A DNA stretch of 64,000 bases, taken from positions 4,416,001-4,480,000 of the forward strand of contig OZ242010.1 of NCBI GenBank assembly GCA_965204745.1. Direction: 5' to 3'. Shown here piece by piece: positions 47,751-58,034 of the stretch (positions within the stretch are counted from its first letter, which is position 1; each line of letters begins with the position of its first letter). This stretch comes from Candidatus Latescibacterota bacterium (GTDB lineage: Bacteria; Latescibacterota; UBA2968). The translations under genes and the position numbers were made by a program. Under the pieces are notes generated by a model, which was given only the letters and a program-made list of their open reading frames with translations, searched no databases and had not been told where the DNA came from.

Positions 47751-48161
47751 CTACGCGATATCGAATAGGATTGTAACGAGTCCCTCTTTGTCCTTCGGCT
47801 CAACTGCCATCCATTGTCGGATGAATCGTTCGTCTTCTGCGAGAATTTGATCGATGTCGCCTTGCAGACGGAAATCGATCACGAGATAGGATTCTCCGGA
47901 CTCTGGATCGCTTTCCCGATAGAGTTTGAGATCGCTTGCACTACAAAATGAAGTTTTGATCAAATGGACGGCCTGACGAATGGTATCCTCAAGGCCATAG
48001 TGCTCGCAAAACGCTTGCGCGTCCGGGTGCGTTGGCAACCCACAGATGTGCGATGAGGGCACGGCATCTCGCCGGTCTATCACCGAAGACAGGGACCCAC
48101 TGGCAATTTCCTCGCGCTTGGGCCTTACGGGTATCGCTTCCAAATTTTTCGATTGTGCCAT
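47751..48161 (-). CDS. Hypothetical protein
   Basis: GAGGAGG RBS; fills the gap between neighbouring genes. Confidence 0.6.
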   Translation of the reverse strand: MAQSKNLEAIPVRPKREEIASGSLSSVIDRRDAVPSSHICGLPTHPDAQAFCEHYGLEDTIRQAVHLIKTSFCSASDLKLYRESDPESGESYLVIDFRLQGDIDQILAEDERFIRQWMAVEPKDKEGLVTILFDIA

Positions 48162-48224
48162 TTGTGTCCTCCTCGTGTCCAACCAGAGCTTCGCCTTTTT
48201 ATGCGTTCTGATGGGGTTGCATTT

Positions 48225-50213
48225 TCATGCCGCGCGGAAGTGTACGGCATGGCCTTTTTCTGGGAACCAGATCACGTCCAGCATCAGGGATAGGGCCACG
48301 CCGAGCACATAGCCGACCAGCAGGCCGATGAAAAAGGGACGGGATTTGTGATAGACCGATGGGCCGCCCACTTTGAGCATCACCAGTTTGATAAGCCAAG
48401 CGATGAACAGGGTGAAACTGCTCGCCCGAATCAGGGGCACGCCGGAAAGCGCGAGCCCAACCGGGTGCAGGGGCCACCACACGAAGCGATGGCGCATGAA
48501 AATCAAGCCGACCATCGCCAGACCGCCGATGCCAAAAAAGACGAGATTTTCGGGATTATCCACGTAAAACGGGGGTTGGTCCGATTGCTTGACCGCATTG
48601 GCTGCGTTCTTGAAATAATTGCGCGCGCTGCGGGGAATCTCGGACACATTGAAATTGAACGCGCCCTCGTCATAGCCCAGTTTCAACGTCAAAAAAATAC
48701 TCGTCACAAAACTCACGACAAACGCGATGTAAATCGCGCCCATCAACTTGCGGCGGTCGTCCGCGATGCCCTCGGACAACTTGCCCACCTGCGCCGCGGC
48801 CGGCAAGAACAAGCCCTTGGCATTGCCCGTGATCAAATTGGCAAATCGGAACGCCACATGCGTGGACGGGGAAATCGCGACATTGCCGAAAAACGGCGCC
48901 ACGTAATTCCACGGAATCCCCGGAATCGACGTGTAGGGCATGCCCGTGTCCGCCAAAATTTTCGCCATCCCAATATAGCCGAACACGCATGCCATCAGTA
49001 GCAACGCGCTGATCAGGGCGTCCATGTCCATCTGCATCATCCAGATAAACAAATACCCCAGGCCCGCGACCAAGCCGATCACCGCCGTGCGGTAGGACAA
49101 CATCTCGTCGCGGTCATCCACGCTGTCGTCTTTGCCCAGGGCCTTCATCAGCACGTCCCGCAAATGTCGCCGCGCCACCCAGAACATCGAAATCACCAGC
49201 ACCACAAACGCGCCGCGCGTCTGCCATTGGTACACGCCGCGATAGGCCGTGGGCACCATGGACTTGTACCCCAACTTGTTGAGCCAGCCCCCTTCCAAAA
49301 TGAACACGAGATCGAACACCCAAAGGCTGAACAACACGTCCAAGCTGGCGAAGTAGGAAAAGAAAATGGAAAACAAGCCCACGGACGTCCGCACGCGCGG
49401 AAACTGCGGGTCTATCGTATGCCACCTGGCCCCGTGAATGGGAAAGCGCGGGAAGTTCGGCAAAAAGTAATTGATGCAATTCCACGCGATCATGCCAAAT
49501 GCCAGCGCGAACCCGATCCAGAACAGGCGGTTGTACATAAACCCCGGCAAGGTGCGTTTCCCGCCTCCCGGCGCGGACATCATGTTGATGAGGGGCGCCA
49601 TTGCCGGAAAGGCCAAGCGTTCGTTTTGCACCCACTGCTTTCTAAAAATCACGGCCACGCACGCCAGCACCACAAAGGCAGCGGTGAACGCCATGAACCA
49701 CCAGAACAGGGGCAACACCCACACGCCCCAAGGGATGGGCGCGCCTTTGGGCCGGCCTTCAAAAAACCAAGCGATGCCGTGGCCCGCGTTGCTCGGAATC
49801 AAAAAATCGGGCAGATGCGGATGCAGCAACTCCGCCCAATTATTGTCTGCTGTGGCGTAAAAGTACGGCGCGGAAATGTACCCGATCAAGTACCCGGTGC
49901 TGCTCCACGCGGGCAGGGTTGCGCCCACGAGGCCCATCGCCAAAATGGTGTGCCATTCCCCCGGCAGGAGCGAGAACCGCGCCAGCCTGCCCACGACAGC
50001 CAAGACGATGAGCATGGTGATAAACGCGATGAGCATCGCCATTGGAACGTGCGAGAGCACCATCCGCGATCCGTGGTAGTAAAACCGAACATAAACGGCA
50101 AGCGCGTCGAGCACCACCACCAAGAACACCCCCAACCCGATTGCCCGCGGCGTGATCCCACCCCGAAAGGCAGGCGCGACCTCGCGCTGGCGCGCTGATA
50201 CGTGTGTCGCCAT
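48225..50213 (-). CDS. Polytopic membrane protein, DUF6785/DUF6784-like putative transporter
   Basis: RKQW...ERL.FP, WWPLHPVG and PFFIGL motifs; many TM segments. Confidence 0.75.
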   Translation of the reverse strand: MATHVSARQREVAPAFRGGITPRAIGLGVFLVVVLDALAVYVRFYYHGSRMVLSHVPMAMLIAFITMLIVLAVVGRLARFSLLPGEWHTILAMGLVGATLPAWSSTGYLIGYISAPYFYATADNNWAELLHPHLPDFLIPSNAGHGIAWFFEGRPKGAPIPWGVWVLPLFWWFMAFTAAFVVLACVAVIFRKQWVQNERLAFPAMAPLINMMSAPGGGKRTLPGFMYNRLFWIGFALAFGMIAWNCINYFLPNFPRFPIHGARWHTIDPQFPRVRTSVGLFSIFFSYFASLDVLFSLWVFDLVFILEGGWLNKLGYKSMVPTAYRGVYQWQTRGAFVVLVISMFWVARRHLRDVLMKALGKDDSVDDRDEMLSYRTAVIGLVAGLGYLFIWMMQMDMDALISALLLMACVFGYIGMAKILADTGMPYTSIPGIPWNYVAPFFGNVAISPSTHVAFRFANLITGNAKGLFLPAAAQVGKLSEGIADDRRKLMGAIYIAFVVSFVTSIFLTLKLGYDEGAFNFNVSEIPRSARNYFKNAANAVKQSDQPPFYVDNPENLVFFGIGGLAMVGLIFMRHRFVWWPLHPVGLALSGVPLIRASSFTLFIAWLIKLVMLKVGGPSVYHKSRPFFIGLLVGYVLGVALSLMLDVIWFPEKGHAVHFRAA

Positions 50214-50252
50214 TTTCGGTAGTCCTTTCTGCGAATCACTTTTATTTTTTCC

Positions 50253-51206
50253 CTATTCAGCAACGCGGGGCAACACCACAAAACCCAGCGAATCCACGGA
50301 CGCGGATCCAAAAAGCCCGATGCCGCCTTCGATGTGAAACAGGGGCCGCTCAAAATTGTCGCCTGCCAGGCCGCCGGGCTGAAAGAAGTTGTCATCATCG
50401 TCTTGAAAAAACTCGGGCACAGAGCGGAGCAGGTCAAACCAATTTTTGTCAACCGCATAAACGCGGAGCATGTGCCGCCCGGCAAATCCCACGATAAACC
50501 AGGGCATCCGCAAATTGCCATCTGCGGCTTCCAATGCGGGCGAACCGCCGTAGCGGTCGATATCCCCTTCTTCAAACAAATCGGAATCGACCAAATAATC
50601 CGATCCTCGGTCCAGGCTTGCTATCGAGATCTGGTAGCCGCCTGCGAGAATAGGATCGAAGCGCAACTCCAAAAGCCCGAATTGGTAGGGCACTTGGTTT
50701 TCGGGCGCGCTGAACACGCCGCCGTCTTCAAATTTTTTTAATTCGCGGAGCACCTCGAAGGTCGCATCGTCCAACAACACGGCCTCTCGAATGTCCAAGC
50801 GGTCGGGCGTGTGGGTCTGCGCGCTAGCCTCTCGGCCTTGGGATTGCACGCGCAACTCATACACCGCATTCGGCAAAACGCGCGGCGCGGCGGGCGGCGG
50901 CATGTACCACCCCGGCCACTCTGGGTCGGTGCTGTACAAAAACCGCTGGTCGCCCTGCGCGATTGTGACCTCGGCATCGGTCACGGCGGATTCGTTGTAG
51001 CGCGCCGCTATATCCCACCAATTCTCCGATGGCGCGAGGGTCGTGGTCTGCGTGATGAGCAACTCGGGCAGGGGGCGATCGACGATCAGCACCGCATCCA
51101 CGACCAGCATGCCCGAAGCATCCGGGCCGTACAGACTCGATGGACTGCGCTCGGCCTTGCACCCGGCCAGCGCGATCAGGCATCCAAAAATAAAGAGCGT
51201 TTTCAT
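50253..51206 (-). CDS. DUF4249-like lipoprotein partner of a TonB-dependent receptor
   Basis: Lipobox LAGC; C-terminal IEGGIGLFGS. Confidence 0.7.
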   Translation of the reverse strand: MKTLFIFGCLIALAGCKAERSPSSLYGPDASGMLVVDAVLIVDRPLPELLITQTTTLAPSENWWDIAARYNESAVTDAEVTIAQGDQRFLYSTDPEWPGWYMPPPAAPRVLPNAVYELRVQSQGREASAQTHTPDRLDIREAVLLDDATFEVLRELKKFEDGGVFSAPENQVPYQFGLLELRFDPILAGGYQISIASLDRGSDYLVDSDLFEEGDIDRYGGSPALEAADGNLRMPWFIVGFAGRHMLRVYAVDKNWFDLLRSVPEFFQDDDDNFFQPGGLAGDNFERPLFHIEGGIGLFGSASVDSLGFVVLPRVAE

Positions 51207-51352
51207 GGTATTTTCCCACAATGACAGGTTACGCGAACCCCTTGTATCTTCGGGCGAGCACAGGGGCATCGCCCCTACGATCTCCCGTCTTACCTCTCCC
51301 GTCTTACCTCTCCCGCCTCTGATTTTCCCGCAATGACAAGTTACGCGAACCG

Positions 51353-53578
51353 CTAAAAATTAAAATTGATCCCCAGCGTGGGAACGATGGGCAACATCCT
51401 GACCACGTCTGGCTCGTTATCATCAAAAACCACAAACCACTCATTGCGCCGGTTGAACGCATTGAACACCTGAACGTAAATTTCGGCGTTCGCGCCAAAT
51501 GCGCGGAACCTTCGCTTCACGCTCAAATCCAACCGCTGGTAGGGCAACAAGCGACCGCTGTTGCGATCCGCGGGCAGGGTCAGGTCTTCGACTTGCCAAG
51601 AAAACACGGGCGAGCGCAAGAGGTAGCGCGCAGACGCGGGGGTAAACGCCTGCCCCGTACCGTAGAGATAATTTGCCCCAAATGACCACTTGCCCACGCG
51701 ATACTGCATCACAAAAGACACATCGTGGCGGCGGTCGTATTTGGGCGGAAACGCCTTGCCCAGATTGAGTTCGGCAAAGGTGCGCCGCGTCCAACCCAGA
51801 GTATAGCCGATCCACCCGGTCAGCCGGCCCGTGCGCCGCTGGAGAAAAACCTCGATGCCGGTCGCGTACCCAGTCCCGCCGGTCACAAAGGTTTCCTCGG
51901 ACGTCGTGGCATCGCTGTCGGCGGCGACGCGATTGTCCAGCACCACCAAATTCGCCAGATCCGTATAATACGCTTCCACCGTGCCCTGATAGCGTTCGGA
52001 TGGTTCCCACTCGATCCCCAAGACGCCTTGCCATGACCGGCCAGGATCCACGGTTTCGTCCAGCGGCACCCAGAAATCCCAGCCGCTAAATGCCTCGGTG
52101 GTCACCCATTGCAAATACTGGTGAAACGCCCCACCCGCGGCTTTCCACCGGTAATTGCCCGTGCGATAGCTCATCGACAAGCGCGGCTCGAGCTGAATGC
52201 GGGCTCCCTCGCTGAAGTAATTGCCGCGCACCCCCAACCGAATATCGGTCGCAGTGCCCGGCTGATAGTGGTCTTGCATGTAGAGCGACAGCAAATTGGG
52301 TTTTTCGCGCAGGTCGAGTTGATTTTCCAGATTGAATTGCTGATTAAATTCAAAATCGTAGCGCGTCGCCAACAGGCCCCCGCTGAGGGCGTGATCGCGC
52401 GATGCAAACCAATCGAGGTCTGCCTTGAGCGTGTAATCGCGGATGCTATTGAAAAACAAAATGCGCGTATCGAGGATATCCAGATCGGTTTTGCTGAAGT
52501 AATAGCTGCTCGCCGCGACAAAACTGCCGAACAGCGCGGGCGAAAATACGTGCGTGTACTTGCCCAAAAACGCCGTATTGCCCCAGCGAATGCCGAAAAA
52601 AGCCTCGGGGTCAACATCGAACGTCAAATCGTCTCGGCCAAAATAGCCGCTGACTTGCACCTTGTCATCGTCCGAAAAATCCCGATTGAGCTTGGCGTTC
52701 AAATCGTAAAAATAGTACGCGGGCACCTCCGTCTCTTCGTTGCGGATCAACGACAAAATCGGGTCGATATACGTGCGCCTGCCCGACACCATCCACGATC
52801 CCTTGTCGATCGGGCCTTCGAGCGTCAATCGCGCTGAAATAATGCTCACCCCGCCGCTGGCCTCAAAGCCCTTGCGATTGCCGTCCTTGTTGTGGACGTC
52901 GAGCACGGAGCCCAAGCGACCGCCGTATTGCGCGGGGTACGCGCCTTTGTGCAAACTCATGTCCCGAATGGCATCCGGGTTAAACGTGGAAAAAAATCCA
53001 AATGCGTGGGACGGGTTGTAAAGCGGCATTTGATCCAAGAGGATCAGGGTTTGATCCGGGCCGCCGCCGCGGATGTACAGCCCGGAACTGATATCCGACG
53101 CGGCTTGAATGCCGGGCAAGAGGTGGAGGGACCGCAAAATATCCGTCTCGCCAATGGCGGGCATCTCGCGGATTTGCGCGGTCTCGATTTCGACGAATCC
53201 CGGCTGAATGCGCTGTTCTTCCTCCTCGCGCTTGGCCTCCACCACGATCTCTTGCACCGCGATGGGTTCGGGTTGGAGTTGCACGTCGAGCCGCCGCGTT
53301 TCCCCTACGCGCAGGGCGAGCGTGTCCTGAAAACCGATGTACCCGATGTAAGAGATGGTCAACACATACTCGGTCTCTGCGGGGATGCCCCGAATGGCGT
53401 AGTACCCATCGACATTGCTCAGCGTGCCGATGGGGTCGCCTGGTCCTTTTAAGATCACACTCGCATAAGGCAGGGACTCGCCATTGCTTTGATCCGCGAC
53501 GAACCCGCTCAAGGTCGCGGCCCGAACAGACTGCGGCAAGATCGCCAGCAGCACCAAAATTTTCAAATAACTCCTCAC
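51353..53578 (-). CDS. TonB-dependent receptor with N-terminal carboxypeptidase-regulatory-like domain
   Basis: IRGGGPDQ, YNPSH.FGFFSTFN, YGGRLGSVL; C-terminal aromatic residue (INFNF). Confidence 0.9.
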   Translation of the reverse strand: MRSYLKILVLLAILPQSVRAATLSGFVADQSNGESLPYASVILKGPGDPIGTLSNVDGYYAIRGIPAETEYVLTISYIGYIGFQDTLALRVGETRRLDVQLQPEPIAVQEIVVEAKREEEEQRIQPGFVEIETAQIREMPAIGETDILRSLHLLPGIQAASDISSGLYIRGGGPDQTLILLDQMPLYNPSHAFGFFSTFNPDAIRDMSLHKGAYPAQYGGRLGSVLDVHNKDGNRKGFEASGGVSIISARLTLEGPIDKGSWMVSGRRTYIDPILSLIRNEETEVPAYYFYDLNAKLNRDFSDDDKVQVSGYFGRDDLTFDVDPEAFFGIRWGNTAFLGKYTHVFSPALFGSFVAASSYYFSKTDLDILDTRILFFNSIRDYTLKADLDWFASRDHALSGGLLATRYDFEFNQQFNLENQLDLREKPNLLSLYMQDHYQPGTATDIRLGVRGNYFSEGARIQLEPRLSMSYRTGNYRWKAAGGAFHQYLQWVTTEAFSGWDFWVPLDETVDPGRSWQGVLGIEWEPSERYQGTVEAYYTDLANLVVLDNRVAADSDATTSEETFVTGGTGYATGIEVFLQRRTGRLTGWIGYTLGWTRRTFAELNLGKAFPPKYDRRHDVSFVMQYRVGKWSFGANYLYGTGQAFTPASARYLLRSPVFSWQVEDLTLPADRNSGRLLPYQRLDLSVKRRFRAFGANAEIYVQVFNAFNRRNEWFVVFDDNEPDVVRMLPIVPTLGINFNF

Positions 53579-53589
53579 CCCATGCTCCT

Positions 53590-54027
53590 TTACGTCGTTC
53601 CGCGCCCCGCAACGGCCCGGGCGCGATCTTGAATGCGCCTGAGGATCGACTGCATCCGGTTCCTGTCGTCATTTGAAAGCCCGTCATTGCGCCATGGATC
53701 CTCGCTGTCTTTTTTCTGTTTGGTCATCTGCACATTGACCTGATAAGATTGAAAATCGATCACCACCGATATGCGCGTGCGCCGCGAGATATTCAAAAAC
53801 GCCTGACTGGCAAAACTCGATTCATCGCGCCATTCCGTCGTGACCAATCCCGCGACGTGATCGGCCGTCGCGATGGTATAACCCTCTTCGGTCAAAATGG
53901 CCACGGTGGCATTGACAAACGCTTCGGGCGCGATTTTTTCAACGCCCCCCGTAAGCGTGGTCGGATCGACCACATCGCACCCCAGTGCCAAACCCATCAC
54001 CATCACCATCAAAACGCGCTTCATCAT
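53590..54027 (-). CDS. Hypothetical lipoprotein
   Basis: AGGAGG RBS; MMKRVLMVMVMGLALGC lipobox. Confidence 0.7.
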   Translation of the reverse strand: MMKRVLMVMVMGLALGCDVVDPTTLTGGVEKIAPEAFVNATVAILTEEGYTIATADHVAGLVTTEWRDESSFASQAFLNISRRTRISVVIDFQSYQVNVQMTKQKKDSEDPWRNDGLSNDDRNRMQSILRRIQDRARAVAGRGTT

Positions 54028-54539
54028 GACCCTCCTGCTAAAAGTTTTAGACGCCCCCGAAAACACCATCCTCTCCGCAGCTACAAATTGCAATTTCCGT
54101 GCCAAGCGAACCCATCTCAAACAAAAAATCACAATGTCATTATTTTTCACAACTTACAAAAATACGCCCAGTCGTGATTTGAAAAACCAATGTAGCAAAA
54201 ATTCACACTGTGCGTCAAGAACACAAAGGAGGGGGGAAGAAGGGAGGCAGGTGCTGAAGTGATGTTATTCAGTCAGGGAGATGGGATTTTAGCCACGAGC
54301 GGGGTACAACTGGCGACAGCCTTTCAGTGTGAGCATGAGATATGTCCTTTCCCATCAACGAAGTACGTCGGGTTTTGGGGCCGTTGGGCGGGGACTGACT
54401 ACTGACCACTGACCCCTGACTACTGACTACTTGGTGGCGTGCGTCCTTTCCACAAAATTCTGTTGGTCACGCGCCGGGTTTTGTGCATGATAGGACGCGA
54501 GTTTTTGTCGTCAAGTACATTCAACAAGAGGAGTGCAGG

Positions 54540-55583
54540 ATGCCAAATCAAAAAGTTCGCGCGTGCGTCGTGGGAATGGGCATTGGCAAGCCCAATGGCC
54601 GCGCCCTTGCCGCGAATGCGCGGTGCGAGGTCGTGGCGTTGTGCGATTTGTTGCCGGAGCGGATGGAGGAATTCGCCCGCGAGTTGCCCGGGGAGCAGAG
54701 GTTTTACACCGATTACAAAGCCATGTGCAAGGCTCCGGATATCGACGCGGTTTTTGTGGGCACGCCCAATCAGTGGCATGTGCCCATCGCGCTCGAGGTG
54801 GTTCGCAATGACAAGCATGTGATGGTGACCAAGCCCTTGGCGGATTCCGAGGAGGCGGCAAAGCAACTCGTGGCGGTCGCCGAGGCCGCGGGCGTGGTCA
54901 ATATGATGTCGCTTTCGACCCGGTTTTCCGAGCCGTGCCAGTACTTGGGCGATCTCGCACGCAAGGGTTATTTTGGCGATCTGTACTACGGCCGTGCGCG
55001 CAGTGTGCGCCGAAGCGGCATTCCCGCGTGGAATCTCGGGTTTATCCAAAAGGGCGGGGGCGCGTTCCGGGATATGGGCGTGCATGTGCTCGACGCGGTG
55101 TGGTACTTGCTCGGCATGCCCAAGCCCGTTGCGGTGACAGGGGTGTGCGGCGCGAAGTTCGGCCCGCGTGGCCGGGGCTATTGGGGTTTTCGGGAGGTGC
55201 CACAGAGCACGTACGAGCAATACGCTGCGGACGATTACGCCGGCGGCTTTATCCGCTTTGAAAATGGCGCGGGCCTTCAGGTCGAGAGTTTCTGGGCGTC
55301 TCACCAGCCCAATGAGTTGCAGATCGAATTGTTCGGGGACGAGGCCGGCGCGCAGTTCCGCCCGCTCAAGTTGTTCAAGACCCAAGACGGGGTGCCGCAC
55401 GATATCGATGTGGATATTCCGCGCCCAACCAAAGCGTGGGATCGCATTGCCGGGCACTTTATCGACTGCATCTTGGACAACGCGCCTTGCGAAGCCCCCC
55501 TGCGCCACGGGTACCAAGTGCAACAAATGATGGAAGCCCTGCTCAAAAGCGGCGAAACCGGGCAGGAAATTCGCATTGCGTAA
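54540..55583 (+). CDS. Gfo/Idh/MocA-family oxidoreductase
   Basis: VVGMGIG, DAVFVGTPN..H, HVMVTKPLA, GGGAFRDMGVHVLD. Confidence 0.92.
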   Translation: MPNQKVRACVVGMGIGKPNGRALAANARCEVVALCDLLPERMEEFARELPGEQRFYTDYKAMCKAPDIDAVFVGTPNQWHVPIALEVVRNDKHVMVTKPLADSEEAAKQLVAVAEAAGVVNMMSLSTRFSEPCQYLGDLARKGYFGDLYYGRARSVRRSGIPAWNLGFIQKGGGAFRDMGVHVLDAVWYLLGMPKPVAVTGVCGAKFGPRGRGYWGFREVPQSTYEQYAADDYAGGFIRFENGAGLQVESFWASHQPNELQIELFGDEAGAQFRPLKLFKTQDGVPHDIDVDIPRPTKAWDRIAGHFIDCILDNAPCEAPLRHGYQVQQMMEALLKSGETGQEIRIA

Positions 55584-55792
55584 CATCCGTTATTTGACCG
55601 CCCGTAAGTCCCCCCTGTTCAACGGGGGATATGGGCTTCTGATAGGCTTTAAGCCTTGCCAACTTTTTTTTGGAAACTTTTGTCTTTCCCTGTCGTCAAA
55701 GCAGTGTCAACAAAAGGACAATGCTATTTTTGTTTCTTTGTTATGACCCGTCTGCGGGAAGCGGATGCACTTTCGAAAAAGGAGGAATCACC

Positions 55793-56923
55793 ATGAACAA
55801 GGCGGAGTTGGAGAAAGTAGCAGGCATTACTCCTGCCGAACAGACTGACGATGCCATCGAGGGTCTTGGCGACAAGGATGACGCCTCGTGGGAAGACTAT
55901 CCAATAGATACGCTGTTGATCCGGAATGAGAATCGCACGGTTTTCGACGTTCTGCGAAGGATCAAGCAGGACAATTACATCATGGATCCGGAATTTCAAA
56001 GAGATTTTATCTGGCCCAAAGACAAGCAGAGCAAACTCATCGAGTCTGTGCTGATGCGGATTCCCCTGCCGGTTTTCTATTTGGCGGAGGACTCCCAAGG
56101 GCGAATGGTGGTCGTAGATGGATTGCAGCGGCTTTCGACGTTCAAGCGTTTTGTTGCTGGCGAGTTGCGCTTGTCGCTTCCAGGCCAAGATGAACTGCAC
56201 AAAAAGCGATTCGACGATCTATCGCCCAAGCTAAAAAACCGTATTGAAGATTGCAATTTGATCTTCTACATTATGGATGCCAAGGTGCCAGATCGGGCCC
56301 GTTTGGACATATTCGAGCGCGTAAATGGCGGCGTCCCCCTCACCCGTCAGCAGATGCGTAATAGCTTGTACATGGGCGAGGCGACCCGTTTTCTCAAGAC
56401 CGAGTCGTGGACAGAAATTTTTTCTCGTGCAACAGGGGGTAGCCTGAATAAGGATACGATGCGAGACCGCGAATTTGTCAACCGGTTTTGTGCGTTCCAC
56501 CTTCTCGACCTCGATGAATACAAGGGAAATATGGACGATTTCCTCGCACAAGTGCTGACGAAAATGAACACTCTGGAACCAAAAGCCCTGGAGCAACTGT
56601 CAAAAAAATTTCGGCGATGTCTTGCAAACAACTACAAAGTCTTCGACAGACATGCTTTCAGAAAGCACAGCAAAGGACAGGAAAAACGAGGTGTGCTCAA
56701 TGCTTCGCTTTGGGATGTGATGTCAACCGGATTGTCGCATTATCCAGAAAAGGTGGTTGAAGCCCATGCGAATGCCCTCAGAAACGCTTTCTACCCGTTG
56801 ATGGACGACGCGGAGTTCGTGTCATCCATCACTTATGGCCCTAGTGGTACGCGGAAAGTTCGGCACCGGTTTCACATTGCCGGTGAGATGTTCAAGGAGG
56901 TGTTCGGTGCTTACTCAGATTGA
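55793..56923 (+). CDS. DUF262 (GmrS/ParB-like) protein; Menshen NsnA-like
   Basis: PEFQRDFIW, LIES.L.RIPLP, VVDGLQRL, IFERVN.G.PLT.Q. Confidence 0.85.
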   Translation: MNKAELEKVAGITPAEQTDDAIEGLGDKDDASWEDYPIDTLLIRNENRTVFDVLRRIKQDNYIMDPEFQRDFIWPKDKQSKLIESVLMRIPLPVFYLAEDSQGRMVVVDGLQRLSTFKRFVAGELRLSLPGQDELHKKRFDDLSPKLKNRIEDCNLIFYIMDAKVPDRARLDIFERVNGGVPLTRQQMRNSLYMGEATRFLKTESWTEIFSRATGGSLNKDTMRDREFVNRFCAFHLLDLDEYKGNMDDFLAQVLTKMNTLEPKALEQLSKKFRRCLANNYKVFDRHAFRKHSKGQEKRGVLNASLWDVMSTGLSHYPEKVVEAHANALRNAFYPLMDDAEFVSSITYGPSGTRKVRHRFHIAGEMFKEVFGAYSD

Positions 56924-58034
56924 CTTGCGGTACTTTAAGTGCTTTGAATTGTTGCATCTTCCCTTGCGTCCGCTGACGTTATTATCCGGCCCTAATGCTT
57001 CGGGCAAATCCTCCGTGCTTCAGTCGCTGGCGTTGTTGCACCAGACGATGCGCGAACACGAATGGTCAACGCGCCTTATGCTTAACGGAATGGCTGTTCG
57101 GCTTGGGACGGTGTTGGATATCGTGGATAAAGTGCACAGTCAGCATACGTGTGAGATTGGGCTGATCGATGAAGACACAGCGTATCATTGGACATTCACG
57201 GGCGAGCGAGGGGAGATGTCCATGGCAGTTGAGCGCGTGGCTAAAGGTGATGATGTATTGGACAATCCGGAGCAACTTCGCTACTTGCTTCCACCCGACA
57301 TTCCCCTTCCGCTGGCCGAGCGCGTGCGGGATCTCACCTATCTCACGGCGGAGAGAATAGGCCCCCGAGAGATTTACGACATTGAAGACCCGCAGATTGC
57401 ACCGGTCGTGGGCCCGGCTGGTGAACACGCGGTGAGCATGTTGGATTCCGGACGCGACGAATACGTCCGTGATGAACTCGTATTGCCCGATGTGCCTGCC
57501 ACACGTCTGCGACAAGTAGAGGCGAGGATGCGTACCTTTTTCCCAGGCTGTGGTTTGACTGTGCAACAAGTGCCTCAAGTGAATGCCGTGACATTGGGGC
57601 TTCGCACATCCGACGATGTGGATTTCCATCGTCCCATTCATGTAGGATTTGGAATCACGCAGATTTTGCCCATTGTTATTGCATCGCTGTCGGCGCGTCG
57701 AGATGATCTTTTGCTGATCGAAAACCCCGAAGTTCACCTCCATCCGGCCGGGCAAGCATTGATGGGACAGTTTCTAGCAGAGGTCGCACGAGCAGGTGTT
57801 CAGGTCATTTTGGAAACGCACAGCGATCACGTCTTGAATGGCATCCGGCGTGCTGTCAAGGCGGAACAACTACCGGCAGAGCAAGTGTCGCTTCACTTTT
57901 TTAGGCCGCGGTCCGTTGATGGCGTGCAGGTGCTAAGTCCCATTTTAGATAATACGGGTAATATCGACGCGTGGCCGGACGGTTTCTTCGACCAGTTTGA
58001 TAAAGACATGAACCATTTCGCGGGATGGGACTAA
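56907..58034 (+). CDS. ABC/AAA ATPase with DUF3696-like tail; Menshen NsnB-like
   Basis: AAGGAGG plus GTG start; GPNASGKSS, VGFG, IENPEVHLHP, ETHSDH, WPDGFFDQ. Confidence 0.85.
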   Translation: MLTQIDLRYFKCFELLHLPLRPLTLLSGPNASGKSSVLQSLALLHQTMREHEWSTRLMLNGMAVRLGTVLDIVDKVHSQHTCEIGLIDEDTAYHWTFTGERGEMSMAVERVAKGDDVLDNPEQLRYLLPPDIPLPLAERVRDLTYLTAERIGPREIYDIEDPQIAPVVGPAGEHAVSMLDSGRDEYVRDELVLPDVPATRLRQVEARMRTFFPGCGLTVQQVPQVNAVTLGLRTSDDVDFHRPIHVGFGITQILPIVIASLSARRDDLLLIENPEVHLHPAGQALMGQFLAEVARAGVQVILETHSDHVLNGIRRAVKAEQLPAEQVSLHFFRPRSVDGVQVLSPILDNTGNIDAWPDGFFDQFDKDMNHFAGWD

